Part shown: positions 24,878 through 38,568 of the stretch, one piece after another
Layout: every line of letters begins with the position of its first letter
How positions within the stretch are numbered: position 1 is the stretch's first letter
DNA from: Leptogorgia sarmentosa
Lineage: Eukaryota
Assembly: GCA_964658305.1 (NCBI GenBank)
Contig: OZ210885.1
Span: 6,944,001-7,008,000, forward strand
DNA: 64,000 nt
Reading direction: 5' to 3'
Position numbers and translations under genes: made by a program
Notes under the pieces: generated by a model
Seen by the model: the letters and a program-made list of their open reading frames with translations, nothing else
Database searches by the model: none
What the model was told of the DNA's origin: nothing

Positions 24878-26633
24878 CTTCAAAAACTGATGAATTTCAA
24901 ATTTAGATTCACCAAAATATTTCTTGTCTCAATGAGGTTTCAGTATGCTGAGCTATTTTTTTTTACTCTTAGAAAACTGAATAAATCGTGACCTCTTCAA
25001 CCTTCCATGTTACGAAACTGTCCGATTTAAGTGTTGCGATGCTTGATCTAGAATTCCTGAATGTATAACCTCGAATTCCTATTTCTTGTCTCGATGACGT
25101 CCCAATAAGCTGAGCTATTTTTATACTCTTGAAAAACTTGGATGGACTGCGAAGTTCTTGACGTAAGTGCTTGGAGAGAAGTGCTTGGAATAGATTGAAC
25201 AGTTTGCTAACGTCGTCGCTGCGTTATGCAGATGTTTTATTCCAGCAATAATATAATTATTTGCCTTATTTCCAAACACCTGCACGGAATGCTGCTAAGA
25301 ATAATTATGTAATCAGGTTGAAATGTATCGTCAATTTTGCTGTGTCACTTTCATGTAAGAATAATAAACAATAATAGGGATTCTCAATATAAAGGAAAAG
25401 ATAGTTATGGTTTTCTTGTGGTTCCAATACTAACTCTAGCAATGCCTGAAACTGCGTTTCCCATTTTAAATATTTATCAACATGCTTGTCAGGACACAGT
25501 GCCGACTATAGCAACAGTCGGTCTTTTTAATTAAATCTTTTGAATAAGGATTAATTATAGATTATAATTTGTATTTCTGACTATGAAAACACCGTGAGAA
25601 ACAAAATAGTACATAAACACGAATGAACACAGATTCACATGCTGAATTTCACATCCATTACGTTCAAATATGAATGAGTGTCCTTTTCAACACATTATCT
25701 TGACACAACGAGTCATCGAGGAGATAAACTGTTTTAGGGAGTTTGTTGTGAAATACATACATGCAGGACAGGATCAAAACGATTGTGCTTGACAGACAAA
25801 CTCTGCTCATAAATTGAATTGCTATGTTTTAAAATATTCGAATACATAACAATCATTAAAATATTTACCCGAACTTATGTTTGAGGCCAGACATGAAGAC
25901 AAATTGTGTAATTGATGTAATTTATTAAATAAATTAAGTTTAATTGAAGATTGTCAACTCGAAATTACTCATGTTCAACCGTTCTAGTCTTTCATATAGC
26001 ATTTTTACAATTTTTTACAAAGTGAATTTCTCAACCACAGTGACTGATCGGTTTTACTAGCTGTATGAATTTCATGCCACCTAAGTGTAGCTATATACTG
26101 CTTGCAACGAAATAGCTTACCTGTTTGAATATTTTAAAGCATAGCAACAAGTTAATTGATTTTTTCATGTGGAGAAAAATAATGAATTTTAGGTAAAAAT
26201 TTCCATCCAGATTAACCTGAAGACTTTAGTGTCTCGATTGTCTCTTGTTTGTATGCGTTTGTATTCTTGCGTTGTGTGTTTGCGTCTCAACAACAATCGA
26301 GAGCAGTAAGCGGAGGTTCTTTCAATAGGTTACGTTCTGAGCAATGACGGACGATCACACAATAGTTTCTAACATATATTCTTTAATTACATATAGTAGC
26401 TCTCATTACGCGAGCCCGTTCAACTATATACAATCATAAAACATTATAAACGTGTAGGTGTGTTCAGAGTGCGAGTGTAATCTAAAACCTTAGTGAATTG
26501 TTCTGACCAATAAACTACGAGTATGGGTGCGATTGTCACTGATTGTGCATTAATTTGACGTGCGTGCGTCACGGATTTATGTTGCCAAGGTGCGAAATTC
26601 GATACCTTTATAAGTATAGTGTCTGAACAGAAC

Positions 26634-26975
26634 CATAGGCGTACGGGGCGGGGGGGGGGGCAAGGGGGGCAACTGCCCCCCCCCCCCAAAAAATTTCAAA
26701 TTGGAAAATTCGGGCACTGACTTTGAGCATAATTCGGGTAAAAATCTGAGGAATAAGGTAATGTCAACAATCCTCCAGTCGTTCACCTGAACGAACGTAC
26801 CAAGAAAGTCGAGTTAGGACTCTGAAATCGCCGTTTCCGGCAATCCAGAGGTTGTAAAAGTTCAAAAATTTCTCGCTCGGCGCCAACCATGGTGGCGCCT
26901 CGTGACATTCCCCACCCTCAAATTCGGGCAAAGATCTTGCTGCCCCCCTGAAAAACTGCAGCCCGTACGCTTATG
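26634..26975. mobile_element. hAT-type MITE, 8-bp TSD AACAGAAC
   Basis: TIR CATA(G/A)GCGTACGGG. Confidence 0.85.
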
Positions 26976-27534
26976 AACAGAACAGTGCTTAATATGTTCT
27001 ATCGTCTAATCTAATAATGTTCTGTCGCCATTTCACGACATTTAGACTACCTTGACTTAATTAGACAACTCCTCATCGATCTAAAAACGGCGCAAAAGAA
27101 TAACATAATGGGGCTCAAAAACGTCACTTTTGCCGTGGTGGTACGAAGACCGAATGGCAGATGGCGTTGTGTAAACACGGTCGTCGTTGCAAATATCGAT
27201 TCCGTAGACCGCAGTCGGACATTTTTCATTTACCGGTGTTCAGCGCTTTAACAGTTTTAACCCAAACACTCTAGCGAAATATTAACGGCATCACTAGTTT
27301 CAACTTCGTAAGCCTCATTTACACCAACAAGTTTATTTGGCAAGTTCGTCTTTGATAATTTTTATTTGTTGGTGTGAATTAAAAAAAATGATAAAATTTT
27401 CATTGACAAGTGTACTTCAATGTTTAAGAACTGGCATGCCAGTTTTTCAACAAGTAGACTTGTCACAGAAAATTTGTGAAATAAAATTTGTTGGTGTAAA
27501 CTAGCCTGTAGACGGTGGTGGTCACCTCACTCTA

Positions 27535-27686
27535 CAGGGGTGTCCCAAGAAAAACGCCACCATTGAAAATAATCTATTGTTAGAATTCAATGCCTAGCAC
27601 GATTAATTCAACCCAATAATGCATAAAATGAGAAATTCTGAAAATTGAAATTCTAACAATTTTTGGGGCTTTTTTGGGACACCCTG
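27535..27686. mobile_element. Tc1/mariner-type MITE, TA TSD
   Basis: TA-CAGGG(G)TGTCCCAA...TTGGGACACCCTG-TA. Confidence 0.7.
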
Positions 27687-28863
27687 TATTGCATGGATGA
27701 ACAGCAGTAGCATTGAGTATACGCATTATAATAATTTAAATAATTTTGCCAAAGATTGTGAGTGACTAATATTTTAGTCGTTTACTGGTTTTGTTTCGAT
27801 GTAACCAAGCAGATATAGCTAATCATCCTTATCATCAGTTACAAGCCTATCTGCACACGTTGCTAAAAGTGAATAAATAGAGGATATTACACGGTGGTGC
27901 TAAAATATGAATTTTATCTTCGAGTGGCAAAAACAGTATTTTACGAATGAGCGCAGCGAATGAGTAAAACATTATTTTAGCACGGGAAGATAAAATCCAT
28001 ATCTTCGCACCGCCGTGTAATTTTCTTTTTATTGTAGCTATAGTCGTAAACGTCGTAAAATTAATTTTTGATCGATAATGCTGAATTTATCAAGTACATC
28101 AAATTATCTAAATGCAAAGAATACCTGGGCATCAGTTTAGTATTTCTCGTAATATTTTCATTTTCTCGACAAAAACATGTTCTTTTTTCTTTGAACAAAG
28201 ATAAAATATGGTTCGCCGGCAATTGCCGCTCTTAGACAAACAAATTTAATTTAAAATAAATTTATTGGCGGGAAATGATCACGTGATTTATATCTTCACT
28301 AGTGAGGACATGGGGAGTATAGGTCTAATCACGCACTTGATTTCAGATCTAATATCATTGTTGTCAATTTCCTGGACGCTGATTGGCTAAAAAGCTTCAA
28401 CAACTGTGCAAATTAAACTTAATTGCACGGTTTCGAGCCCGCGATACATTATAAAAACAAATAAATAAACGCTTATCAACGCTAAAATTCTTGTTTCCCC
28501 CACCATTTCTTGTCAACTTTGGACAAAAAAGTTTAGTGAACGTGTACTACATTAATATTAATACGAAATTACACTTGTTCTCGAAGTATTAATGAAAAAT
28601 TGCACTTGTGTTTGGCGAAATGATTTCATTAATACTCCTCGAACCGTGTGGTCCGTGTAATTTCCTATACTAATCATGCATATGGAGGGCAAAATTACTA
28701 AAACCTGAGTGGCTAAATTTCAGAATGTTTTTGTGCTCATGATCATTTCACGTCGGACATTTAATGGCTTATCGACATATTGAATTAGCTTGAAGCAATT
28801 TTATTAATAATTAAGCAAATTTATTGAATAAACCTATCGTTTATATAATTTGTATATCGTTTA

Positions 28864-29092
28864 CCCTTATGAAAAATGCACATGTGTTTCACATGTGGTT
28901 CACATGTGAATCATATGTGAATCACATATGATTGTTCCAATTCCACATGTGAGCCACATGTGAACTGAAACACATGTAAAAACCACATGTAAAACACGTG
29001 AGAATCACATGTGAATCATATGTCAATCATATGTGAATCATATATGTGATTGTTCCATGTGTGGGTTTTTACATGTGTATTTTTCGTAAGGG
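28864..29092. mobile_element. MITE with TA TSD and internal CACATGTG/CATATG repeats
   Basis: TA-CCCTTA.GAAAAAT.CACATGT...ACATGTGTATTTTTCGTAAGGG-TA. Confidence 0.7.
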
Positions 29093-29614
29093 TATTTAAT
29101 TTCCCAAAGTTTTTAAGCGACATTAATAAATATATTACCGGTTTGTCGCTAATACCTGAAGTTGACAGACATTCAATTCCTAGCGAGTTATGTTTGAATA
29201 TAAGGATTTGATATTTCCAGCGTGGGGTACATTCGTCCGAAATTAGTTTGACCGAAAAGCTATGTTCGGGACAACGACTTTTGCTATCATGCGATAGGGG
29301 GGCACAATAAAAAAGAGCACGGATGAAAAAGGGCACTTTCACCCTGTGTCTAAAATTGGGGGGAGGCACCGTGCCCCAGGCCCCCCCCCCCTGTTCCGCG
29401 GCCCTTGCATGCGAAACGGAATCCAATAATCATCACGTAGCTATATAAAACGATTAAACGAAGTTTATTCATGAGTAATATTTATTCAACAATATTGCAA
29501 TAAAGCAACTACAATAGCATTTGTTTCCATTCCCAAACGGCATTTACACTTTACAGTATCTCATTCTTATTTGTAAAATTATTTACTTTATGGAGTAGTA
29601 CAACAAGTAGGTTT

Positions 29615-32600
29615 TTATTTTAAATATAACACTTCAACTTCTGATGGAGTGAAGTGACGGCTTCCTGCCAGGAGGGATTGTGTGTTGGCTTGGCCGTTTG
29701 TGTATCCAGGTGGAGCTCGGTAGGTGTAACCAAGATGGGTGTAGGATTTGGTGTTTGATTTCGCATCGTTGGCAATGTGCAAGTCGTGACCACCACCAAA
29801 TGTTGGTGCATATGTACTGTAGCAGTAAAGTGCATTCCCGTGATTCTGGTATTTCAGCGGAGCCTTGAATGGTGGAAGGTCATCTTTATTGCGCAGGGAA
29901 AACAAAAATGATCCTGGAGCAGATCCATAACCACCTGTAAAAATAAACCCTGTCAGCAATAAAATATTGATTTATCTCAAACTTACGAACTATCGCTTTA
30001 TTAAAATGGTTCTTAACGTACTATATATATGCGATTACTCGGGCAGCGAACTGTCGTATGCAGTGTGTATAAGGAGTCATTTACAAGAAGTGTAAGTTTC
30101 CAAGTGAATATGGCTCTAGTTTTCAAGAATGAATGTTCTTTTCGGAATTGTTCGCTGTGGCATGATGAATGGTGTTTTGAAGTTTTAAACAACAGCATTG
30201 TGAATGCTCGCAAACTACGTTAAACTAAGTCGGCAAGGGACTTTCAAGATTAATATTTTGAAGTATCTGAAAACGAGCGCTTGTACTTACTTAATAGATG
30301 ATTCCCCTTATTAATATTTTGGAGCGCGTTGCATTGTGGTTTTAGTGGTATCACTGATATTCAGTGACTCATTTATGCGGTGAAACGTTGAAAATCTCTT
30401 GGAAAAGCTACGGTCAGGTGTATAGGATGGACAACAGTAACATTTTTACGGAATTGTTGATTATTTCATCAAACCTCTTGCCTTAAATTAATATGCATGA
30501 TACTACTAAGGCCACAATGCAAATTATGCGCTCCGAAATGCTAATAACGGGAATAATCTGCTTCGATTAGTTTTAACCCAAAATTTGCATAAAAACCGGA
30601 CCTTCGTTCGCAAGATGCATGAAAGAACAAGATGTAAGTTGAGCGAAAAACAAACTATGGCAGTTTGACTTTTATACATCCTGCATGTATATAGTAAATC
30701 TAATGAGGCCTAGGTTTGTAACTCTTTCCTCTTTCCGAAATACAGACACAAAATAAACCAGAAGTTTATCGAAAACAAGAACGTAACTGGCTTTAAAAAA
30801 CACAAATATAAACAAGGATATTTCGAGCAGTCAAGTTCTATTTTAAAAAGCCAAAGAAATATATAGCAGCCGAGTTTTATTTCACAAAATATTTCAAATA
30901 GCGGGATAATAGCACCCCGCATAGCATTATTTTCTGCGGCAGCGGCGAAATGATGGAGTGATTAATCAAACTTACTGTCAGTATTCCACGGCACAGTAGC
31001 ATAACCACCAAAAACGTACGTTTTATTGTTGTTGATAACTTGAACAATAGTTAAGGTCGGTGATTTTCCATCGCATCTTGAATGAAATGTACTGCCAGCC
31101 CAACCATCGCGTGTTGCTCGCCAACAAATGCTCCAATATCCTGCTCTTGGCAATCATTCTTTCAACTTATTTTCGAATTCGTTTGTTTCATTTTTCAATA
31201 TCTCTGACACGTCTAGGGGAATATAAATTTAATCGAACAATGTCGAATAGGAATTGATAGTTAGTTTTCTTTGAGGGGGATTTATGTTCATGTGTTGATG
31301 TCGATGTTGACGTACGACAGCATACGGATTTCTTTTAAAATTAATAACAACTGATTTCAAAAGAACTAGCTCTAGCTACAGCCCTTATAGTAAAACATTA
31401 ACATTAGTTTAACAGTAGTGGCGGAAGATCGATAATTCGGGGGGAGGGGATCATATTCGTGCATTACTTTTTTTGCTTTACTAATTTCTATTGACATCAA
31501 TTGTTTTCAAGGTCTGTAAACAGGAGTATACATAAATCTGCCCCCCCCCCATTTTGCCGATTTACCCATCGTCAACCTTCCAGCGCTACTGTTGATTGAT
31601 ATATTACTTTTATATAGGGTCAAATTAATCATTGTAGACATGAAAACACATCTCCGCTAGTTGTGAAGCCGTGCAGACCGACGATTTGGTCATGGTATGC
31701 AATTTTTTGTGCGTTTAAATGCCCTGTCATACGTTGCAATATTTCTTGCAACTTGCGACGCAGTTGCAAGAAGTCAATAATAGTGAAGGCTGTTTGTATT
31801 GTAAAAAATTCCTAAATAAAATCTAGCGAAGACATTAGCTAATTTCACATCTCTCAACAGTAAACGTGGTTTGCAAGTTGTAAGAATCCGTTGTGTAACA
31901 AAGCCTTAAATACCGCGAAAAAAATCAAGTTCTAGAGGAATGAACATAACCAAATTTTCGGGCTAGCTTCGCCTCTGGTCTCCACACTCTACACGTCACA
32001 CCAAACAAAACTGAAATACATCGTTTCACGACGAAATAAATCACCTTTGAGGTTCTGGCAATATTTTCCACTGGGACATGTGCAGTTGTATGATCCTTGA
32101 GTGTTGTTACAGGTTGCGTCAGCGTGACAGCCATGGCTGCCTTCAGAACATTCGTCAATGTCTGAAAAATTTTAAAAATTGAAATCCTACATTTGCTGTT
32201 TGACAGTTTCAATTTTTAGCGGAACTTCGCCGAGGATGCCAAAATAGTTACCTGTACAATTCTGTCCATTTCCTCGGTAACCTTGAGAGCATTTACATTT
32301 GTATGAACCGTCAGTATTTGTGCAGTTTGCATTCGGGTCGCAATGATTGGACTTGTTCAGACATTCGTCAATATCTAACGTAATGACAAAACTTAGTGAG
32401 CTCATTCCTTGATTTAAGATTATGCCGTCAGAAGGTAGCTTCGGTTATAATACATCGTGTTCCGTTATAGTATTGGAACCAGTTAGATTTCCATCACAAA
32501 TATCATATGCCAATACCTGTGCAAGTGCCGCCATTTCCTGTGTATCCACTTCTACACTGACAGTCGTAAGAACCTGGAGTGTTGATACATGTTCCATTGA

Positions 32601-35600
32601 AATAACATCTGTGGCTACCCTGTGAGCATTCGTCAATGTCTGAAATAATTGAAGTATGGGAGATAGAATCCGGCCAAAGAGCGAGTGAACTTAAGGCTCG
32701 TTTACACTTGCGATTTTTGCGGCGATTTCCAATACGATTTTCTCCCTTTGATGGATGTGAATGAGCGGATTAACAACGAATGTGCGTGAACATCCGTCAA
32801 AAGCAGAAAATCGCACTAAAAATTGCAGTGAAAGTTGCAAGTGTAAACGGGCCTTTAGAGGTCACTGCCCAAAACTCAGCTAGGCAGCTGAAACCTGAAA
32901 CAATGATTAAAAAGCTCAAAATAGAGTATCAAAACAGTACCCTTTTTGGTTATTGGAACAAGCCAGGGCACTCTATGTCGCCCCGCTTGATGTAGTTTGA
33001 ATCGAAACTTTTATGATTGATAAAAGGAACGCAATAAAAAGTAATTGTATTCACAAAATTAGATGTCACTCTCATGTGGTTATATGTCGAGCGTCACGTA
33101 TTTACCTTTGTGGAAGGAGTCCTCAGTAATTCATAATTTTCGCTTACCTTCAGTGACCTACAATGTGATAGAATTTTGCGTAAGAATTTTTAGTAGCTAC
33201 ACACTGAGGCATGAAATACGGTCAGAGCCCAAATATGGGGGTGCACGCTTTTGTGCATAGATATGTTTGGGTCTGTTATTTATTTTCTGCTCAACAATTT
33301 CTAGACAAATAAATATAAGTAATGTGTTCAAGTTACATGTTCAGTTGACCACACTGCCTAGTTTTAGGCATTGCAATAAATGCTACTTGGAATTGAAACT
33401 TGGATACATCTATTAATATTCTATCAAAATTTTTTACCTATCACAACATGAGTTATTCCTCTTTAGATACAGTAACTCTTATTTGAAGGACGTAGCTCGA
33501 AAAGTTTTTTTGCTCTACTAATTAATCTCACGTGCGATTTTTTTTGTACTATGCTGTTCCGAATTCTTCATTTTGATTGGCTGAGCAGACTATTTGTCAT
33601 AGCTTGCTACTGTAGTATTTTCAAACAACTACGGAAAATTCAGTTGATTACTGTTTCCTTGCGCAAGCAAGCAAAATGCCTATGCTCAAAATCGTCTCGG
33701 CTGAATAAATATGTCTTGATTCACTGATATATTCTTACCAAAACATCCTCGTAGAAAATCCAAGACCCATTTCTCATCTCTGTACCGTTCATTTTCACGG
33801 AGCTGTTACTTAGTTTGCAGTTGACTGTATAAACACTGCTAGGTCTGACTCTGAAGTTATAACCGTAACAATTGCTTGCATTTACACAATGAAGATGACA
33901 TTCTGCCAAAAGATGAACGTTGTGACTTGAGATCAAGTTTGATGGACGAAGTGCTTGGTTTCCTGACAAAGACCAAAAAGGCTGCTCTCTAAATTCCAGC
34001 GATTGAGAATTCAATCTATTTATCCGTAAGAACAATCTCTTTAGGATTGTTTTTACGGATCAAACTTTTTCTATTGAAAATCAATTCTATGGGCGATTGA
34101 AAAAAAAAATCAATCGAAAAGAGTGACTTTTCAATCAAATTTCAATCGATTTTCGATTCAAATAAGCTTATTCTTGGCCTGCTATTGCCGCACACGCGAA
34201 GTTTGAGCAATATGATTGACTTAGAATTTTAAATCTTTACAAAGATTGAAATGATTCTCGGTCGTCTTTATCCACTGACATACGTACTTTCAATCGAATT
34301 GCACACTGAAACAGTATTTTTCACTCTAAATTCAATCTATAGTAGACTGATTTCTTTTTCAAACTGTTGAAAGATTGAACTGCCTGATTGATGCCTGACG
34401 TACGTGCGCCCCTGAAGCAAACACATTTGAATTGGTAGAGTTATATATAAAAAGAATAAAGCTGTGTAGTTTTGTTACAACCGATATTCGAGAATTCAAC
34501 ACCAATTAACTTTCTGGACATACATATATTTCATTGACTGAGTGTGAGACCGTACTGGGGGATACTGCACGGTCGAGTTCTTTTCTCGCTTGTTAATATA
34601 AGAACAGCTAGTTTAAGTTCGCTAAAAATTGTTCTCTAAAATGTTTTTGGCTACCAAAAAAAAGAACAGAATGTTCAAACATGTTTTTAACTTATTTCGT
34701 CTACGTTGTCGCTTGATTCAATAAACAACCAACGTCGCTAAACGTGAGCGGTCTGTACTGCAAGTTACCGACCGCTCAGGAACCAATCAGAATGCTGTAT
34801 TTTAGCAGACGGTCCGCTCAGAAACACTTGCCATAATTATAATAATAATACTTATTATATGGCTGACATAAATGGCGCACGCTGATTGGTTGATTAGCGG
34901 TCCGGAAAAAGTCATCTTGCCCGCTCAGGAAAGTCATCTTGCCCGCTCAGGAAAGTCATCTTGCCCGCTCGTGAAACTATTATACAAATTAAATTTTTAA
35001 GGAAACTAAATCTTATTATGCCGTACGGTGACGTTGAAGAACACTCCCCGATTGAATTTTGCTGTCCCAGAAAAACACACGATCCAAAATGCTGAGTTTT
35101 AAAGTGAAAATAACGACGAACAAAACAACAGTTCGAAAACTGTTGCGAACATTGTTTTCACAGCACTTAAATGGCTTCATTTCGCGTCGAACATTTGTTG
35201 TTTATCACAACATTTACATTATATTTTTTTATTCAATTTTTTCCTTTGTTGTATTTTTATTGTTTTGTTGTTGTACAGCAGTGAACGGCCAGAAACCGCC
35301 ATTCAGTATGCCAGTGTATACGGCTGAACGTTTTAGCAGCGAAAGTGTTTTCTAGTTCTTTCTACAATGTCAGAACAAATTGCGATCGAACAAAGCCATA
35401 TAATAAATCCCTTATTAACCTCGTTTGCTCGGTCTGTACGGGAAAGTATTGCCTTCGGTTTTTAACGCACAGACCTCGCTCCTTCGTCGCTCGGTCTATA
35501 CGAAAACCCTCAGGCAATACTTTCCCGTACAGACCTCGCACTCGGTTAATAAGTCCTTATTACTGACTGAGAGTGAGGACTGTGCGAGAAAAAATCCTAT

Positions 35601-36485
35601 AATACTGACTGAAGTCTTGCTGTATTGACGGAGCGATAGCGAGGTTACTACAGCAACACTGAGGTTTGATATTGCCCCGTACAGCCTGAACAGTCGAAGT
35701 CAGTAAGTTTTTTATTTTTCGAAATAAACGTTTCCAAATAAACCAAATTATTATACTGTACTTTGTTAAACTGACAAAAAACAGTTTCGTATCCTTCATT
35801 TTCAAGCCTCTGGGTAATAAAGCTCGTCCTTACAATGCTCCTCATTGCTCATATTTTAACATTTTTCTACTTAAATAAATAAAATTTCATTAAATTTGAA
35901 AGTTTTTTGTGATTGTTTCATATAGGGCAAATATAAAAAATTGCGTGAAAATCCTGCCGCGTCAGCAGCCAATCAGAAACGCCCTGATCTCGATATTGCA
36001 TGAGCCTAAAAATAAGATTCGCGACAAACATATATATATGAAACATATTTATTTATAACAGTCACGAAGTTATTCCGCGCCATTATAGTAAATTGTTATC
36101 TAGAAATATCGTTTGCAAAAAAGACCCCCTTTCTGCTCAGTAATTGACATAGCAGTACTTTAATTATTTTTTTAGTTAAGTCAAAGATGCCCAACATCCC
36201 GACCGATTGGACTTGAATTTCGTCCACAGAAAACATTCTACGCCCGAAGGTCACCTTCAATTATTACGCCCATACTATAAGTGCAATTTAGCCGCTGGTT
36301 CTAATACCCGCCAGCTTGACTTGATCTTTAGTGGAAAGCATAGGAAACTTAAAGCCATATGAAGAATAGTTACCTAAGCTGGTTTTCATGAAATGTCTCC
36401 AAGTACATGACTTTTCCTCTTTGAAGACAGTTCCCAGGGCAGTGGACGTTGAAAATGTCACCAGTAACAATGCAGGGAAATTCAT
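29615..36485 (-). CDS. Copy C: signal peptide-PAN-3x cbEGF-TLDc; exons 36374-36485, 33739-33962, 33148-33157, 32517-32639, 32252-32374, 32045-32161, 30976-31212, 29615-29934
   Basis: Starts [18 protein letters not shown]. Exon sizes match copy B (112, 224, 10, 123, 123, 117, 237). GT-AG boundaries and an open frame. Confidence 0.8.
32694..32854. mobile_element. Harbinger-type MITE, TTA TSD, in an intron of copy C
   Basis: AGGC.CGTTTACACTTGC...GCAAGTGTAAACGGGCCT. Confidence 0.7.
34908..34970 (+). repeat. 22-bp tandem repeat x3
   Basis: AAAGTCATCTTGCCCGCTCAGG. Confidence 0.8.
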
Positions 36486-36734
36486 TTTCAAACAGTATAT
36501 AATTCCCAAACGTGCCAATTCCCAAACCTTGTTTCGATGAGGTCCCAATAAGAAGCTCTTTATACTCTTGAAAAACGTGGACGGACTTGCGGAGTCCCGA
36601 CGTAAAGTGCTTTGAGCAAAAAGGTGCTTGATCTTGATTCAAGACTTTGGTAACATCTTCGTCTGTTATGCAGATGTTTTATTCCAGCAATAATATTTTA
36701 TTATTTTATCGCAGTTCTAAACACCTGCATGATA

Positions 36735-37064
36735 TAGAGGCTGTTTGATATGATCCCGCTTACCCGGGATTTAATGAGGCGTTAAATGATTTTGAGGTAT
36801 CGAAACGAGTCATAATTGAAATGAGTCATAGTTTATGACTTGAAGACAGTATTGGATTCCAGCTGATTGCTTGAGATTTTGTTCTGCTTCAATGTCAAAC
36901 AGATATGGGCATTGAATTGGTAAAATTTATCTTTTCTATTGATCAGAGTCAGAAATGATCTAACTTTGGTTGTTTCGTTTCATAAAATGACTCATTTCAA
37001 TACTTCAAAATCATTAAACGCTTCATTAAATACCGGGTAAGTGGGATCATATAAACAGCCTCTA
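36735..37064. mobile_element. MITE with long TIRs
   Basis: TAGAGGCTGTTT..ATGATCCC.CTTACCCGG at both ends; absent from the paralogous region near 25290. Confidence 0.75.
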
Positions 37065-37381
37065 AGAATAATTATATAATAAAGTTGAAATGTGTTTATA
37101 ATCTTGCTATGTCACTTTTCATTTAAGAATAATAGACAATGATTGGGTACTCAATATAAAGGAAAAGATAGTTTAGGTTTTCTTCTTGTAGTATCAATAC
37201 TAACTCTAGCAATGCCTGAAACTGCGTTTCCCATTTTAAATATTTCTCAACATGCCTGTCAGGACACAGTGCCGACTATAGAAACGGTCGGCCTTTTTAA
37301 TTAAATCTTTTGAATAAGGATTAATATATATAATTGATAATATCTCGTAGTTCAGAATGTGAAAGGACCGTGAGAAACAAA

Positions 37382-37919
37382 CAAGGGCGTCAATCCGTTC
37401 CAAAAAGTGGGGGGGGACCATAAGCGTACAGGCTACATTTTTTCAGGGGGGGGGGCAGAAAGATCTTTACCCGAATTTGAGGGTAGCGAATGTCACGAGG
37501 CGCCACCATGGTTGGCGCCGAGCGAGAAATTTTTGAACTTTTACAACCTCTGGATTGCCGGAAACGGCGATTTCAGAGTCCTAACTCCACTTTCTTGGTA
37601 CGCTCTAGAATGGTCTGGGGGCATGCTTCCCCGAAAAATTTTGAAATTTGAAACCTCATGCACAAATACCATTTTCAGCGTTCTGGGGACAAGTTTTACT
37701 AACATAATTCCGTCATTCAGTTTTCTTCTGATCTCAGATTGTTGATTGTACTTCACAATTCACGATGCATAGCATACAGGCATGGGGTTTTAAGATTACC
37801 AAAAAACAATTTTTTTTAAACATGATAAAAAGTGGGGGGATAATTAGATATTCGTCCCCCCCACTTCAAAAAGTGGGGGGGACGCGTCCCCCCATTCCCC
37901 CCCAGGATTGACGCCCTTG
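37382..37919. mobile_element. hAT-type MITE, 8-bp TSD GAAACAAA
   Basis: TIR CAAGGGCGTCAATCC; empty site near 25598. Confidence 0.85.
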
Positions 37920-38182
37920 GAAACAAAGTAGTATATATACGAATGAAAAAAAATTCACATGCTATAGTTCAGACATGAAAAATATTATTTTCAACAATTC
38001 TATACACGATGAGCAACGGAGATAAAATCTTTATAATCGTGTTAAGGCCGGTCTATTGTTAAATATAAACAGGACGGCATGAAATTGTGCCTGAGTCCTG
38101 ACAGAGAACTCCGCTCATAAATTGACTTGCATATTTTAAAATATTCGAATACATAACAATCATCAAATAAATTAAGTTTAAC

Positions 38183-38568
38183 GGACCGATTGTTCAATAG
38201 ACAATTTTTTTAAAAGTTCGAAATAGTACAATTCATAATAACAGCGTTAAAGAGCATCCCAAAATTGCAAAATGTTGTAAAATGGGAAAAATATACTCCT
38301 GTGAAGTTTGCAAATTTTATATATTTTAGTATTACGCATCCAAACTTGATATCCTTTAATCCTTTTCTCGACAGGGGTACAATTTGCCGTGCATAATACT
38401 AAAATACACAAAAATTGCAAACTTTATAGGGTCATATCTTGCACATTTTAGAACATTTAGCTCCCAAACTTTATATTTTTACTAATTTTGAGATGCTCTT
38501 AAACGCTGTTGCTATGAATTCTACTATTTCGAGATTTTTAAAAAACTTGTCTATCAGGCAATCGGTCC
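38183..38568. mobile_element. Palindromic MITE (truncated relatives at ~684-925 and ~19680-19922)
   Basis: GGACCGATTG...CAATCGGTCC; empty site AAGTTTAATTGAAGATTG near 25940. Confidence 0.75.
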
